Counted from the stretch's first letter, positions 8,830-17,084 are shown. The stretch is 64,000 nt of DNA from Candidatus Uhrbacteria bacterium (GCA_026395055.1 JAPLZK010000004.1:209432-273431); one strand, 5' to 3'. Numbers and translations: made by a program. Notes: a model not told the origin generated them from the letters alone.

Positions 8830-9696
8830 ATGAAAGCGTATCTTGACCTTGTGAATAAGATTCTGGACACAGGAATCGTGAAACCGACCCGTACGGGTAC
8901 GGATACCGTTGCGATTGCTGGCGCCATGTTTGAACATGATATGCGGGACGGATTCCCCATGCTTACAACAAAGAAAGTTCCGTTGCGATTGCCGGCCATT
9001 GAACTCGAATTTTTTTTGAATGGAAAAACAGATAAGGCTTGGCTCCAAGAACGCAATAGTCATATTTGGGACGAATGGTGCGCGCCGCATATTGTTCCGT
9101 ATGGCCACGATGCGGAGACAAAGGCTCGCATGCGCGAAGAGCGTGAACTTGGCCCCATCTACGGATTTCAATGGCGACACTTCGGTGCGGATTACGTCGA
9201 TCATCAAACGGATTATTCCGGACAAGGTGTTGATCAAATTGCAAAGCTTGTTGAAACATTGAAACGAGATCCGCATGATCGACGCATGATTGTGAGTGCA
9301 TGGAATCCGGCAGCGCTTCATCAGATGGCGTTACCTCCTTGCTATTACGGATTTCAGGTCACGGTTTTGAACGGACGAGTGAATGTGCTCTGGAGTCAGC
9401 GATCGGTTGATGTTGCACTCGGTTTGCCGTTCGACATTGTTGCACATGGACTTTTGCTGCATCTCCTCGCAAAGGAATCAGGACTGAAAGAAGGAAGGCT
9501 CGTCGGATTTTTGGGAGATGCGCATGTGTACACGAATCACATCGACGGACTAAGACAACAACTTTCTCGAGAGCCTGCGACATTACCACAGATTCGAACC
9601 GAGAATTTTACATCGATCTTTGATTGGAAACATACGGATACGACCGTCAAGGATTACAATCCGCATCCAAGTATTAAATTTGAGATTGCGATATGA
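8830..9696 (+). CDS. thyA: thymidylate synthase, ThyA-type
   Basis: MKAYLDLV...DRTGTGT-like N-terminus, LPPC active-site Cys, DRRMIVSAWNP. The start is the ATG at 8830. Confidence 0.9.
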   Translation: MKAYLDLVNKILDTGIVKPTRTGTDTVAIAGAMFEHDMRDGFPMLTTKKVPLRLPAIELEFFLNGKTDKAWLQERNSHIWDEWCAPHIVPYGHDAETKARMREERELGPIYGFQWRHFGADYVDHQTDYSGQGVDQIAKLVETLKRDPHDRRMIVSAWNPAALHQMALPPCYYGFQVTVLNGRVNVLWSQRSVDVALGLPFDIVAHGLLLHLLAKESGLKEGRLVGFLGDAHVYTNHIDGLRQQLSREPATLPQIRTENFTSIFDWKHTDTTVKDYNPHPSIKFEIAI

Positions 9697-10196
9697 AGGT
9701 TGAACTTATTGCGGCGATGTCGCTCAACGGCAAAATTGCCGCGTCATCCGACCAGTCTTCACTTGAGTGGACCTCCAAAGAGGACACCAAGTTTTTTGTT
9801 GAAAAAACAAAAGAGTGTCGTGTCATGATTATGGGTCGAAAAACATTCGACACAATCGGTCGTGCATTGAAAGATCGATTGATTGTTGTGATGACATGCG
9901 ATCCTGAGAAACACGCGTTGATCGAAGGGGTTGAATATACGTGCGAGACGCCGCATCAGATTCTTAAGGATCTCGAATCACGAGGATATGCTTCGGTTGC
10001 GATTGCGGGTGGTGCGGGTGTTTACTCGATGTTCTTGAAAGAGAAGTTGGTTACGGATGTATTCCTCAGTATTGAACCGATTCTTTTTGGAAATGGAATT
10101 TCGCTTGCAGAATCGTTTGAAGATGTTAAGCTCAAGCTTGTTGAATCCAAACAGCTAGGAGAGCAAACCGTTCTCCTGCATTACGAGGTTGTATGA
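9693..10196 (+). CDS. folA: dihydrofolate reductase family protein (DHFR / RibD_C-like)
   Basis: 167 aa: ELIAAMSLNGKIA, MGRKTFDTIG, AGGAGVYSMFL. ATGA overlap with thyA. Confidence 0.65.
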   Translation: MKVELIAAMSLNGKIAASSDQSSLEWTSKEDTKFFVEKTKECRVMIMGRKTFDTIGRALKDRLIVVMTCDPEKHALIEGVEYTCETPHQILKDLESRGYASVAIAGGAGVYSMFLKEKLVTDVFLSIEPILFGNGISLAESFEDVKLKLVESKQLGEQTVLLHYEVV

Positions 10197-11095
10197 TCGA
10201 ATATCCTTATCTTCCACCAAATCGTGGATTCAAATTTGTTCCTTTGAATGATCCTCACATGATGGCCGCAGAAGTTGCTCGTCGCGAATGCGCGGGTGAT
10301 TCTCTCTGGCCGATTGGAATTGTTCTTGTTCGCGATGGTGAAATTCTCGCGCGTGCGGGAAACGGATTTAATCGGGGAAGTTCCTCGAAGCACATTTGCC
10401 CTCGCGTTGTTCTCGAATGTTCAAGCGGAACCGGTTACGATCTGTGCAAACTTCACGACTCGATCGGTCACGCAGAACCCATGCTCATGCAAGTTGCGGT
10501 TGACCAGGGAATCGATCCAATGGGGTGCGATGTCTACATGTTCGGTCACTGGTGGTGTTGCGAGCCGTGCTGGAAAGCCATGATCGATGCGGGAGTGAAA
10601 GATGTTTATGTTCTCGACGATGCTCACGAGAGATTCTCTCGTGAGAATGTGTTTGCCGAGACATTAACTTCGAGTGTTCGTTCAATTTTTTTCTCGCATG
10701 CATTCGATCAAACAAACCTCGCGGAGATGAAAGAACTCATTGGCACACTTGATGCGATGTGCGTTGAGCTTGGGTGTTCGACTACCATTCCATTTCGAGA
10801 TGGGCCTCTCGACGAACTCGCGCAAGAACACAACGAAGATGTGTTGTATCGATGGAGTGAACAACAGATTCCAATCTGTGACGTGCTCATCGCCGAAGTT
10901 TCCAATCCATCTCTTGGTGTTGGCGGTGAGATTGTTCTCGCCGAGAAGTTCGAGAAGCCTGTGATTCTTCTTTCAAAAAAGGGAATAAGGGTTTCTGAAT
11001 TTGTGACGGGGAATCCGGCGGTGGTGTACCATGTCGAGTATGAATCGATTATGGATGCGGTGAAGCAAGTGAGAAATGTGTTGAAGCAATTGTAA
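10193..11095 (+). CDS. dCMP deaminase domain fused to a 2'-deoxynucleoside-5'-phosphate N-hydrolase (DNPH1/Rcl, nucleoside deoxyribosyltransferase-like) domain
   Basis: N-terminal half has the zinc motifs HAE...CEPCWKAMIDAGVKDV (cf. PCNECAKLIIQAGIKEV of dCMP deaminases). C-terminal half has SIFFSHAF...LIAEVSNPSLGVGGEI...KPVILL (cf. DNPH1 AEVTQPSLGVGYELG...KPIL). Confidence 0.75.
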   Translation: MIEYPYLPPNRGFKFVPLNDPHMMAAEVARRECAGDSLWPIGIVLVRDGEILARAGNGFNRGSSSKHICPRVVLECSSGTGYDLCKLHDSIGHAEPMLMQVAVDQGIDPMGCDVYMFGHWWCCEPCWKAMIDAGVKDVYVLDDAHERFSRENVFAETLTSSVRSIFFSHAFDQTNLAEMKELIGTLDAMCVELGCSTTIPFRDGPLDELAQEHNEDVLYRWSEQQIPICDVLIAEVSNPSLGVGGEIVLAEKFEKPVILLSKKGIRVSEFVTGNPAVVYHVEYESIMDAVKQVRNVLKQL

Positions 11096-11098
11096 ACG

Positions 11099-11127
11099 AA
11101 AACGACCCATGCGGGGTCGTTTTTTTC
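11099..11127 (+). terminator. intrinsic terminator aaaacgaccc-atgc-ggggtcg + T7
   Basis: Strong hairpin immediately after the TAA at 11093-11095. Confidence 0.7.
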
Positions 11128-11204
11128 TTATGTATGTTGTTGACAATTAGGAATGGTGATGATACATCAGGTTAATCATGAGCGGCAAAAATCGGAGGTG
11201 TGCC

Positions 11205-11549
11205 ATGGCAAGTTCTGCAGATACATTGTGTCCCAAATGTCAGAAAGTCATGAAACTCGTCAAGGAAGATATTCATCTTGATCCCAGCTTTTGCCCGGAG
11301 ATCACGCACGGATTCACGCTGAAGGAAACGCCAACTCTGAAATGCGATGATTGCGATCTGTGGTTTCACACTCCAGATGTTTACGAGAGGCTTTTGAAAG
11401 TCTCTTGCGATCCGGAGGATGTGCAAGCGATGTTGAAAATGCATGAGAACGAATTGCTGATTTTGTTCCGTCGTTTTCCGGAACCCGCAAAGACGAATCG
11501 TTGTCTAACGTGCGGCACAATCATACAAGAAGCAACGCCCTCTCTCTAA
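11205..11549 (+). CDS. hypothetical Cys-rich zinc-ribbon protein
   Basis: CPKC...CDDC...CLTC pairs. The start was moved to MASSADT. Confidence 0.55.
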   Translation: MASSADTLCPKCQKVMKLVKEDIHLDPSFCPEITHGFTLKETPTLKCDDCDLWFHTPDVYERLLKVSCDPEDVQAMLKMHENELLILFRRFPEPAKTNRCLTCGTIIQEATPSL

Positions 11550-11570
11550 CATCCGCACGTGGATGTTTTT

Positions 11571-13166
11571 TTATTTCAATATCTTCGCCTTCCTCAACAC
11601 CTCCCTCGGCGTATCCTTATATGGATGCAGTTTCCCCAGCGCCTTCAATGCCTGTTCCTTCGTAATAAATCCAACCGTGACTTCGCGCGCGAGTCTCGTA
11701 CTGTCCGGATGAAACCCAAGCAGGCGCTTTGCCATGCGCTCGGTGGATCGTGCAAACAGACAGGAGTTCGAATTCGATTCAATAAAATCTTCGCCGACGG
11801 GTGGTGTCCATCCAATTTTTTTCAACATCGCTTTTGTTTCTCGACTGGTTCGTTGTAACAGAAACGGAAGATGAAACACATACACAGCCGGTTTGTTTTT
11901 ATACGGTTGTAATTTTCTGACACCTGAAACTTTATATTCTTTTCCCGATTGCGCCGCACTCAAGTTTGTCCACTCGTTGATTCCAAGAACGATCGCGCGT
12001 GCACCGCGTTTCAGTGTCTCGTCATAATATGCGCGAATCACCATGCGACGACAAAGCTGGCAGGTGCGCACGAAGATTGGTGAATGTTTACACTTCACGG
12101 AATAATGTTTGCGTCCTTCTGCGTACGCTTTTTGAAACGCAAGCTTTGTCTCGAGTGTGAAGGGTTTCTCGTAAAGTGCGACGGTCTTCTCGTACGAAGC
12201 GTGATCGATTGGTCGAATGTAAGAGCGAATGTCGATCTCCTCGTGCGGAGTCTCGAGTAGCTTCGCCATTTCTTTTGATCGCGGCATAGTCGTGCGTGGA
12301 AGATATCCAAGATTGAATGTGACGGCGAGGGGATTGAATCCCATTTGTTTGATCGAAAGCAATGTGGCTGTGCTGTCTTTGCCGCCCGAGAGTCCGACGA
12401 GAATGTCGTGGTCATTCGATCCGGTACCGATGAAGGATTCAAGAAACTCGAGTTCTTCTTGCAAATGTGTTGGGTCGAAATGTGTTTGATAGGTATCGCA
12501 AATATGACAGAGGCCATTTTTCATGAACCGAATTGCGGGATTGCGCGCGGTGTTCACACAGTGTGTACACATTTGGTTCCATTGCTTAATGGTGTCTTCA
12601 ATGAGCTTGGCTGATCGATCTATACTCATTGTAGTTGTGTCGATTACAAGATTCGCGATCTTCTCAATTTGTTTTGTTTGATAAAGCACTTGTTCTTTTT
12701 TGAGTTCATCGACGGCTTGTTGTTTTGTATATCCGCGAGATTTCATTAAGCGACGAATGGCCGTTTGGTCGTCGACTTTGAGATAGACAACGAAGTCGTT
12801 ATGCAATCGACAATACTTTGCGTTGTCGATTCCGCGCAATCCACTAAAGACAAGCGTGGGTTGTTTTGAGTTCTCGAGAAATAACTCATGCAGAGCGCGT
12901 GCAATAAAGTCCGCACCATATTTCAATCGCAAGCGATCAAACATGTTCATGGCGTCTTCGCGAGATGCAAATGATTTGCGTTTCGAGAGTTGTCTCAGTT
13001 GTTCGATTAGCGTTTCCTCGTTCGGTAATTTCTTAACATGCGCAGCGATGGGGAATACGACCGCAGTCGAGGCTTCGATCACGCGCGCATGTAATCGCTC
13101 GGCAATGTTTTGTGCGAGTGTGGATTTTCCACTTCCAGGTTGTCCGAAGAGGGCGATGCGAATCAT
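11571..13166 (-). CDS. fusion protein: N-terminal P-loop nucleotide-kinase-like domain + zinc finger + PP-loop ATP pyrophosphatase domain (TtuA/NcsA/TtcA-like tRNA sulfurtransferase family)
   Basis: GQPGSGKSTLA Walker A at the N-terminus. CTHC...CHIC zinc finger, then the SGGKDS PP-loop, then C...CQLC and a later Cys as candidate Fe-S ligands. Confidence 0.7.
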   Translation of the reverse strand: MIRIALFGQPGSGKSTLAQNIAERLHARVIEASTAVVFPIAAHVKKLPNEETLIEQLRQLSKRKSFASREDAMNMFDRLRLKYGADFIARALHELFLENSKQPTLVFSGLRGIDNAKYCRLHNDFVVYLKVDDQTAIRRLMKSRGYTKQQAVDELKKEQVLYQTKQIEKIANLVIDTTTMSIDRSAKLIEDTIKQWNQMCTHCVNTARNPAIRFMKNGLCHICDTYQTHFDPTHLQEELEFLESFIGTGSNDHDILVGLSGGKDSTATLLSIKQMGFNPLAVTFNLGYLPRTTMPRSKEMAKLLETPHEEIDIRSYIRPIDHASYEKTVALYEKPFTLETKLAFQKAYAEGRKHYSVKCKHSPIFVRTCQLCRRMVIRAYYDETLKRGARAIVLGINEWTNLSAAQSGKEYKVSGVRKLQPYKNKPAVYVFHLPFLLQRTSRETKAMLKKIGWTPPVGEDFIESNSNSCLFARSTERMAKRLLGFHPDSTRLAREVTVGFITKEQALKALGKLHPYKDTPREVLRKAKILK

Positions 13167-13195
13167 AAGTAGTTTTTAAGATATCATGAATGAAA

Positions 13196-13229
13196 AAAGA
13201 AAACGACCCAAAGCGGGTCGTTTTTTTTA
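13196..13229. terminator. bidirectional intrinsic terminator aaaacgaccc-aaag-cgggtcg + T8
   Basis: Hairpin flanked by A and T runs. It sits 3' of dcd on the minus strand. Confidence 0.7.
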
Positions 13230-13883
13230 CAGTTTATATTTATTTTTCATTTCCCCAAGCGTTCCTTTAACAAGGTGTTGTCTCTCCTCATCCTTATCGA
13301 GCTTGTACGCCCCTGAATCAATGTTCGTATACTTTGCAGCACTCACGCCGTGGAGGTTTGCTTCTTCGATCGACAGCGACGACGCGAGTTCTTCGAAAAT
13401 CACCTGACACACACGTTCACCTGGGTACACACGAATAACTTGGTTGCCCGCTTCGTTTTTCATGGGAAAAATCAGATGGCCTTTGTAGCCGTTGTCGATA
13501 ATTCCGGAGAGGGAGAGATCAATCCCTCTTCGATTGGTCGATGTACGAGGAAACAGAATCGCCATCAGGTTTGGCGCATTGATCTCGACTGATTCAAGTG
13601 AAGTACCGATCACGAATTCGTTTGGGAGGAGCTCAAAAAATTGTCCGGGTTTCAAAATAACTTCTTCGAACTGTTCGCGATGACGTTCAACATCATCGAT
13701 AGAAATGTTAATGGCGCGTCGACCCGATTCATCAATCACCCAGTTTTTGGGAATCAGAAATTTATAGCCAAGTCGAAGATCAATGGCATGTGGTTGTAAT
13801 TGGAATGCATCAATCTCGGGATCAAAGGTGATTTCATGTTTCTCGATAGCAACCAGAATTTCGTGTTTTGTTAATACAGACAT
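13227..13883 (-). CDS. dcd: dCTP deaminase (Dcd/dUTPase-fold)
   Basis: N-terminal ILVAIEKHEI.F.P....QLQPHAIDLRLGYKF and GIIDNGYKGHL motifs. Confidence 0.8.
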   Translation of the reverse strand: MSVLTKHEILVAIEKHEITFDPEIDAFQLQPHAIDLRLGYKFLIPKNWVIDESGRRAINISIDDVERHREQFEEVILKPGQFFELLPNEFVIGTSLESVEINAPNLMAILFPRTSTNRRGIDLSLSGIIDNGYKGHLIFPMKNEAGNQVIRVYPGERVCQVIFEELASSLSIEEANLHGVSAAKYTNIDSGAYKLDKDEERQHLVKGTLGEMKNKYKL

Positions 13884-13936
13884 AAATCAGAGAATAGACG
13901 AGGTCTTTAGACCCCATATGTAGACAAAGGGTATCC

Positions 13937-13966
13937 TGGCGGTCATAAAAAGAAAAGAGCATCCGA
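13937..13966 (-). terminator. minus-strand intrinsic terminator gcatcc-actc-ggatgc + U-run
   Basis: Lies directly 3' of the short ORF 13974..14147. Confidence 0.45.
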
Positions 13967-13973
13967 GTGGATG

Positions 13974-14147
13974 CTAGCTGGGGACAGAATCTTCTGCTTT
14001 GGGTTTTGGAACACAACGACGTTCGAGATGCTTCAGGCGTTCTGTTGCGAGATAGGCTTCTCGACGCGCTTTGAGATCGCGCAATACTTCGGGAATGATA
14101 TCGCGAATATGTATGGGGCCACGACCACGTTCCGATTTATCCGCCAT
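13974..14147 (-). CDS. short ORF of 57 aa (MADKSERGRGPIHIRDIIPEVLRDLKARREAYLATERLKHLERRCVPKPKAEDSVPS), below the ORF-track size cutoff
   Basis: AGGAG SD 5 nt upstream of the ATG (14147-14145). TAG stop at 13976-13974, followed at once by a terminator hairpin. Basic and helical, so possibly a small DNA- or RNA-binding protein. Confidence 0.45.
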   Translation of the reverse strand: MADKSERGRGPIHIRDIIPEVLRDLKARREAYLATERLKHLERRCVPKPKAEDSVPS

Positions 14148-14160
14148 GAGACTCCTGTGG

Positions 14161-14200
14161 TTCCCCCGCCTTCACAAGGAGGGGGTTAGGGGGTGGTCAG
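14161..14200. repeat. REP-like hairpin element, copy 1, on the minus strand, overlapping the tmk stop
   Basis: The reverse complement reads ctGACCACCCCCTAACCCCCTCCTTGTGAAGGCGGGGGAA. Copies 2 and 3 are at 37718-37765 and 62452-62488. Confidence 0.5.
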
Positions 14201-14911
14201 TAGTTCTGAGATGAGTGCTACGGCGTTTGCTTGCGACTCTTCCAGTGTTTTGCTTGTATCTAATGTGTGAATCTTTGTTCCGTGTGACTCGAACAGCTCG
14301 CGAAACCAAGGTTCGCGATAACGTGCGTCTACACGACGCGCGAGTTCAACGTCCGCAAACACACCTGCTGCGCCTTGAGATGCAGGACGCAATCGAATGC
14401 GATCCACAACGCGTTCAACAGGTGTTGAAGTCAGAATGAGGTGATGAGGTGCGTGTTCAAGAGCGAGTTTGTTTCCCGGAAGATTCAAAATCTGCTCGAG
14501 TGACAAGCTGTATGGCTGGATTGGCTGATAAATGATCGACGTTGAAACGCCACGATCTTGCACGACGGTCTTACCCGCCTTGAGAGCGGGAAGAATCAAT
14601 CGGAGATACATGATTTGGCGATCAAGGGCGAATGCGTGTGCGAGCTCTTCACCCCCATACGGATGTTCCGTTTGCGACATTTCCTCTCGGAGTGCTGCAC
14701 CAATCCATTGTCGAGTAGGTTCAAACACAAAGTACACATCGAAATCCGCGATCTCTGCGAAGGTTGGTGGACGTTCACCTTTCCAGTCTTGTAAACGGAA
14801 ACAGCGCAAGCCTTTGGCTTGTAGCGTGTTGAACATTGCTTGAATGACGGTGGTTTTGCCACTGCCAACAATGCCGTCGATGAGAATGAAGTTGCCGGTG
14901 TTCATCAGCAT
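14186..14911 (-). CDS. tmk: thymidylate kinase-like (d)NMP kinase
   Basis: FILIDGIVGSGKTT P-loop and a Tmk-like DR(G) segment. The start was moved to MLMNTGNF, downstream of the rplA terminator. Confidence 0.7.
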   Translation of the reverse strand: MLMNTGNFILIDGIVGSGKTTVIQAMFNTLQAKGLRCFRLQDWKGERPPTFAEIADFDVYFVFEPTRQWIGAALREEMSQTEHPYGGEELAHAFALDRQIMYLRLILPALKAGKTVVQDRGVSTSIIYQPIQPYSLSLEQILNLPGNKLALEHAPHHLILTSTPVERVVDRIRLRPASQGAAGVFADVELARRVDARYREPWFRELFESHGTKIHTLDTSKTLEESQANAVALISELLTTP

Positions 14912-14952
14912 AGGCCTTGTGTGCATGACGCACGACAAAAGTGTACAAAACA

Positions 14953-14986
14953 AAAAACATCCGCGCAAGGCGGATGTTTTTTGTTT
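14953..14986 (-). terminator. intrinsic terminator aaaaaacatccgc-gcaa-ggcggatgtttttt
   Basis: Immediately 3' of the rplA stop on the minus strand. Confidence 0.65.
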
Positions 14987-15667
14987 TTATGCTTGAATTT
15001 TGATGCTTGGTCCTACAGACGATGCAATCACCGCATGGCGAATGAAAATCCCTTTTGAAGAGGATGGTTTCATTTTGCGGATTGTGTCGATAAGGACGAG
15101 CAAGTTTTCTTTGAGTTGTTGTTCTGTGAATGAAGCGCGACCAAAGATTTGGTGAACGTTTCCTGTTGGATCGTTCTTAAAGCTTTGCTTTCCCGCTTTT
15201 TGTTCTGCGATCATTTTTGTAACGTTTTGGCTCACGGTATCTGTCTTTGGGTTTGGCATCATTCCGCGAGGCCCAAGGATACGAGCGAGTTTTGCAATCT
15301 TTGGCATCATAGCCGGTGTTGCAACCGCGACGTCAAAATCCAATTTTCCAGATGCGGCGATTTCGTTGACGAGTTCTTCTCCTCCAACGATGTCTGCACC
15401 CGCAGCTTTTGCTTCTGCTTCTTTTTCTGCTTCAACGAAGGCGATCACTTTCTTTGACTTTCCAACTCCGTGTGGAAGGGAAATCGTTCCGCGAATTTGT
15501 TGATCAGACTTTGAAGCGTCGATTCCGAGCTTTACGTGAAGTTCTACAGATTCGTCGTACTTTGCGGTTGCAGTCTTTTTGATGAGGCTAACCGCTTCGT
15601 CGAGTGTGTAGGACTTTGATTTTTCAATAAGGCTTTTTGCCGCTTCGAATCGTTTGCTGTTTGGCAT
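14987..15667 (-). CDS. rplA: 50S ribosomal protein L1
   Basis: Full-length L1 homology, 226 aa. Confidence 0.93.
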   Translation of the reverse strand: MPNSKRFEAAKSLIEKSKSYTLDEAVSLIKKTATAKYDESVELHVKLGIDASKSDQQIRGTISLPHGVGKSKKVIAFVEAEKEAEAKAAGADIVGGEELVNEIAASGKLDFDVAVATPAMMPKIAKLARILGPRGMMPNPKTDTVSQNVTKMIAEQKAGKQSFKNDPTGNVHQIFGRASFTEQQLKENLLVLIDTIRKMKPSSSKGIFIRHAVIASSVGPSIKIQA

Positions 15668-15801
15668 AATAGTTTGTGTGGTACAAGCGATCGTGAACGA
15701 TCTCCCACGAGGGGTTAAATAAATCCGAAATGAGGAAAATCCGAAATCCGAAAACGTTTTTCTGGTTTTCGAATTTCGTCATTCGATATTCGATTTTTTT
15801 G

Positions 15802-16224
15802 TTACTTTACATCCACACCCATTTGGCGGCATGTTCCTTCAATGATTTTCATTGCAGCCTCAACGTCTGTTGTGTTCAAGTCAGGCATCTTTTTGATGGC
15901 GACTTCCTTCAACTGAGCACGGGTAATGGTTGCGACTTTGTCTGTGAGTGGCTTTCCAGATCCAGACTTGATGCCCGCAATCTTTTTGATGAGTTCTGAA
16001 GCAGGAGCAATTTTTGTGATGAAGGTAAACGAACGATCATCATAAACGTTGATCACAACTGGAACGACTTCACCGCGACGGTCTTGTGTTGCGTCATTGA
16101 ATTGTTTGACGAATTCTCCGATAGGCAACCCGTGTTGACCGAGCGCTGGACCGACTGGGGGAGCTGGTGTTGCTGCGCCTCCTTGGATTTGCAACTTCAC
16201 TTGGGTTACGAGTTTCTTTGCCAT
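15802..16224 (-). CDS. rplK: 50S ribosomal protein L11
   Basis: MAKK...[16 protein letters not shown] signature. Confidence 0.93.
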   Translation of the reverse strand: MAKKLVTQVKLQIQGGAATPAPPVGPALGQHGLPIGEFVKQFNDATQDRRGEVVPVVINVYDDRSFTFITKIAPASELIKKIAGIKSGSGKPLTDKVATITRAQLKEVAIKKMPDLNTTDVEAAMKIIEGTCRQMGVDVK

Positions 16225-16293
16225 AGTATTGTTTTTACTGGATTCCCGAGATCATCGAGCGACCAGACTATGAATTAGTGGCGGAATAATAGC

Positions 16294-16839
16294 CTAAACC
16301 TTCTTAACTTGCAAGAAATCGAGCTCAACCGGGGTTTCGCGACCAAAGAGGGAAACGAGAACCTTGATTTTGCCGCGTTCTGCGTCAATTTCGCTTGCTT
16401 TTCCTTCTTGTCCCTTAAATGGGCCATCCGTGATTTGAACCGTAGAACCAACTTCGATATCAAGCTTGAGTTCTGGCTCGGCAACGCCCATACGCTTCTG
16501 AAGCGCATCAATTTCTTCTTGTTGGATTGGGGTAGGGGTTGTTCCGGTTCCAATGAATCCGGTCACGTTTGGGGTGTTTCGCACCACGTACCAAGAGTCG
16601 TCAGATACGATCATCTCGACAAGCACATATCCAGGAAAGATCTTTTCTTCTGTGGTTTTACGTTTTCCGTTTTTGATTTTTACTTTTAATTCTTTTGGAA
16701 CAAGAACGTGAAAGATTTTGTCTGTCATGTCCATGGTCTCAATACGTTGGTTCAAGTTTTGAGCCACGTTTTCTTCGTATCCAGAGTATGTATGGATGGC
16801 GTACCATCGACGACCCTGGTTTGCTATTTGCTTTGCCAT
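16294..16839 (-). CDS. nusG: transcription termination/antitermination factor NusG
   Basis: WYAIHTYSGYE NGN domain and C-terminal KOW (G..V.I..GPF.G). Confidence 0.9.
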   Translation of the reverse strand: MAKQIANQGRRWYAIHTYSGYEENVAQNLNQRIETMDMTDKIFHVLVPKELKVKIKNGKRKTTEEKIFPGYVLVEMIVSDDSWYVVRNTPNVTGFIGTGTTPTPIQQEEIDALQKRMGVAEPELKLDIEVGSTVQITDGPFKGQEGKASEIDAERGKIKVLVSLFGRETPVELDFLQVKKV

Positions 16840-16856
16840 AAAAAAAGAACGTTAAA

Positions 16857-17084
16857 TTATTTTTTAAGTGCAACAAGTTTTTGAACTCCGAGGGCAAGCA
16901 CCCAGTCGAGTCCGGCAAAGAAAAAGGCGAGGACAACACAAAGGGTAATCACGATCAGTGAGTACTTAAATGTGTCTTGCTTGGAAGGCCAGGTGATTTT
17001 ACGAACCTCTTCTGCGGATTCGCGGAAGTATTGTAAAAGCCAAGTTACGGGGTTTTTCTTGGTGTGTACGTGTGCATCAGACAT
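16857..17084 (-). CDS. secE: preprotein translocase subunit SecE
   Basis: 75 aa with a single C-terminal TM helix. Conserved position upstream of nusG. Confidence 0.75.
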   Translation of the reverse strand: MSDAHVHTKKNPVTWLLQYFRESAEEVRKITWPSKQDTFKYSLIVITLCVVLAFFFAGLDWVLALGVQKLVALKK

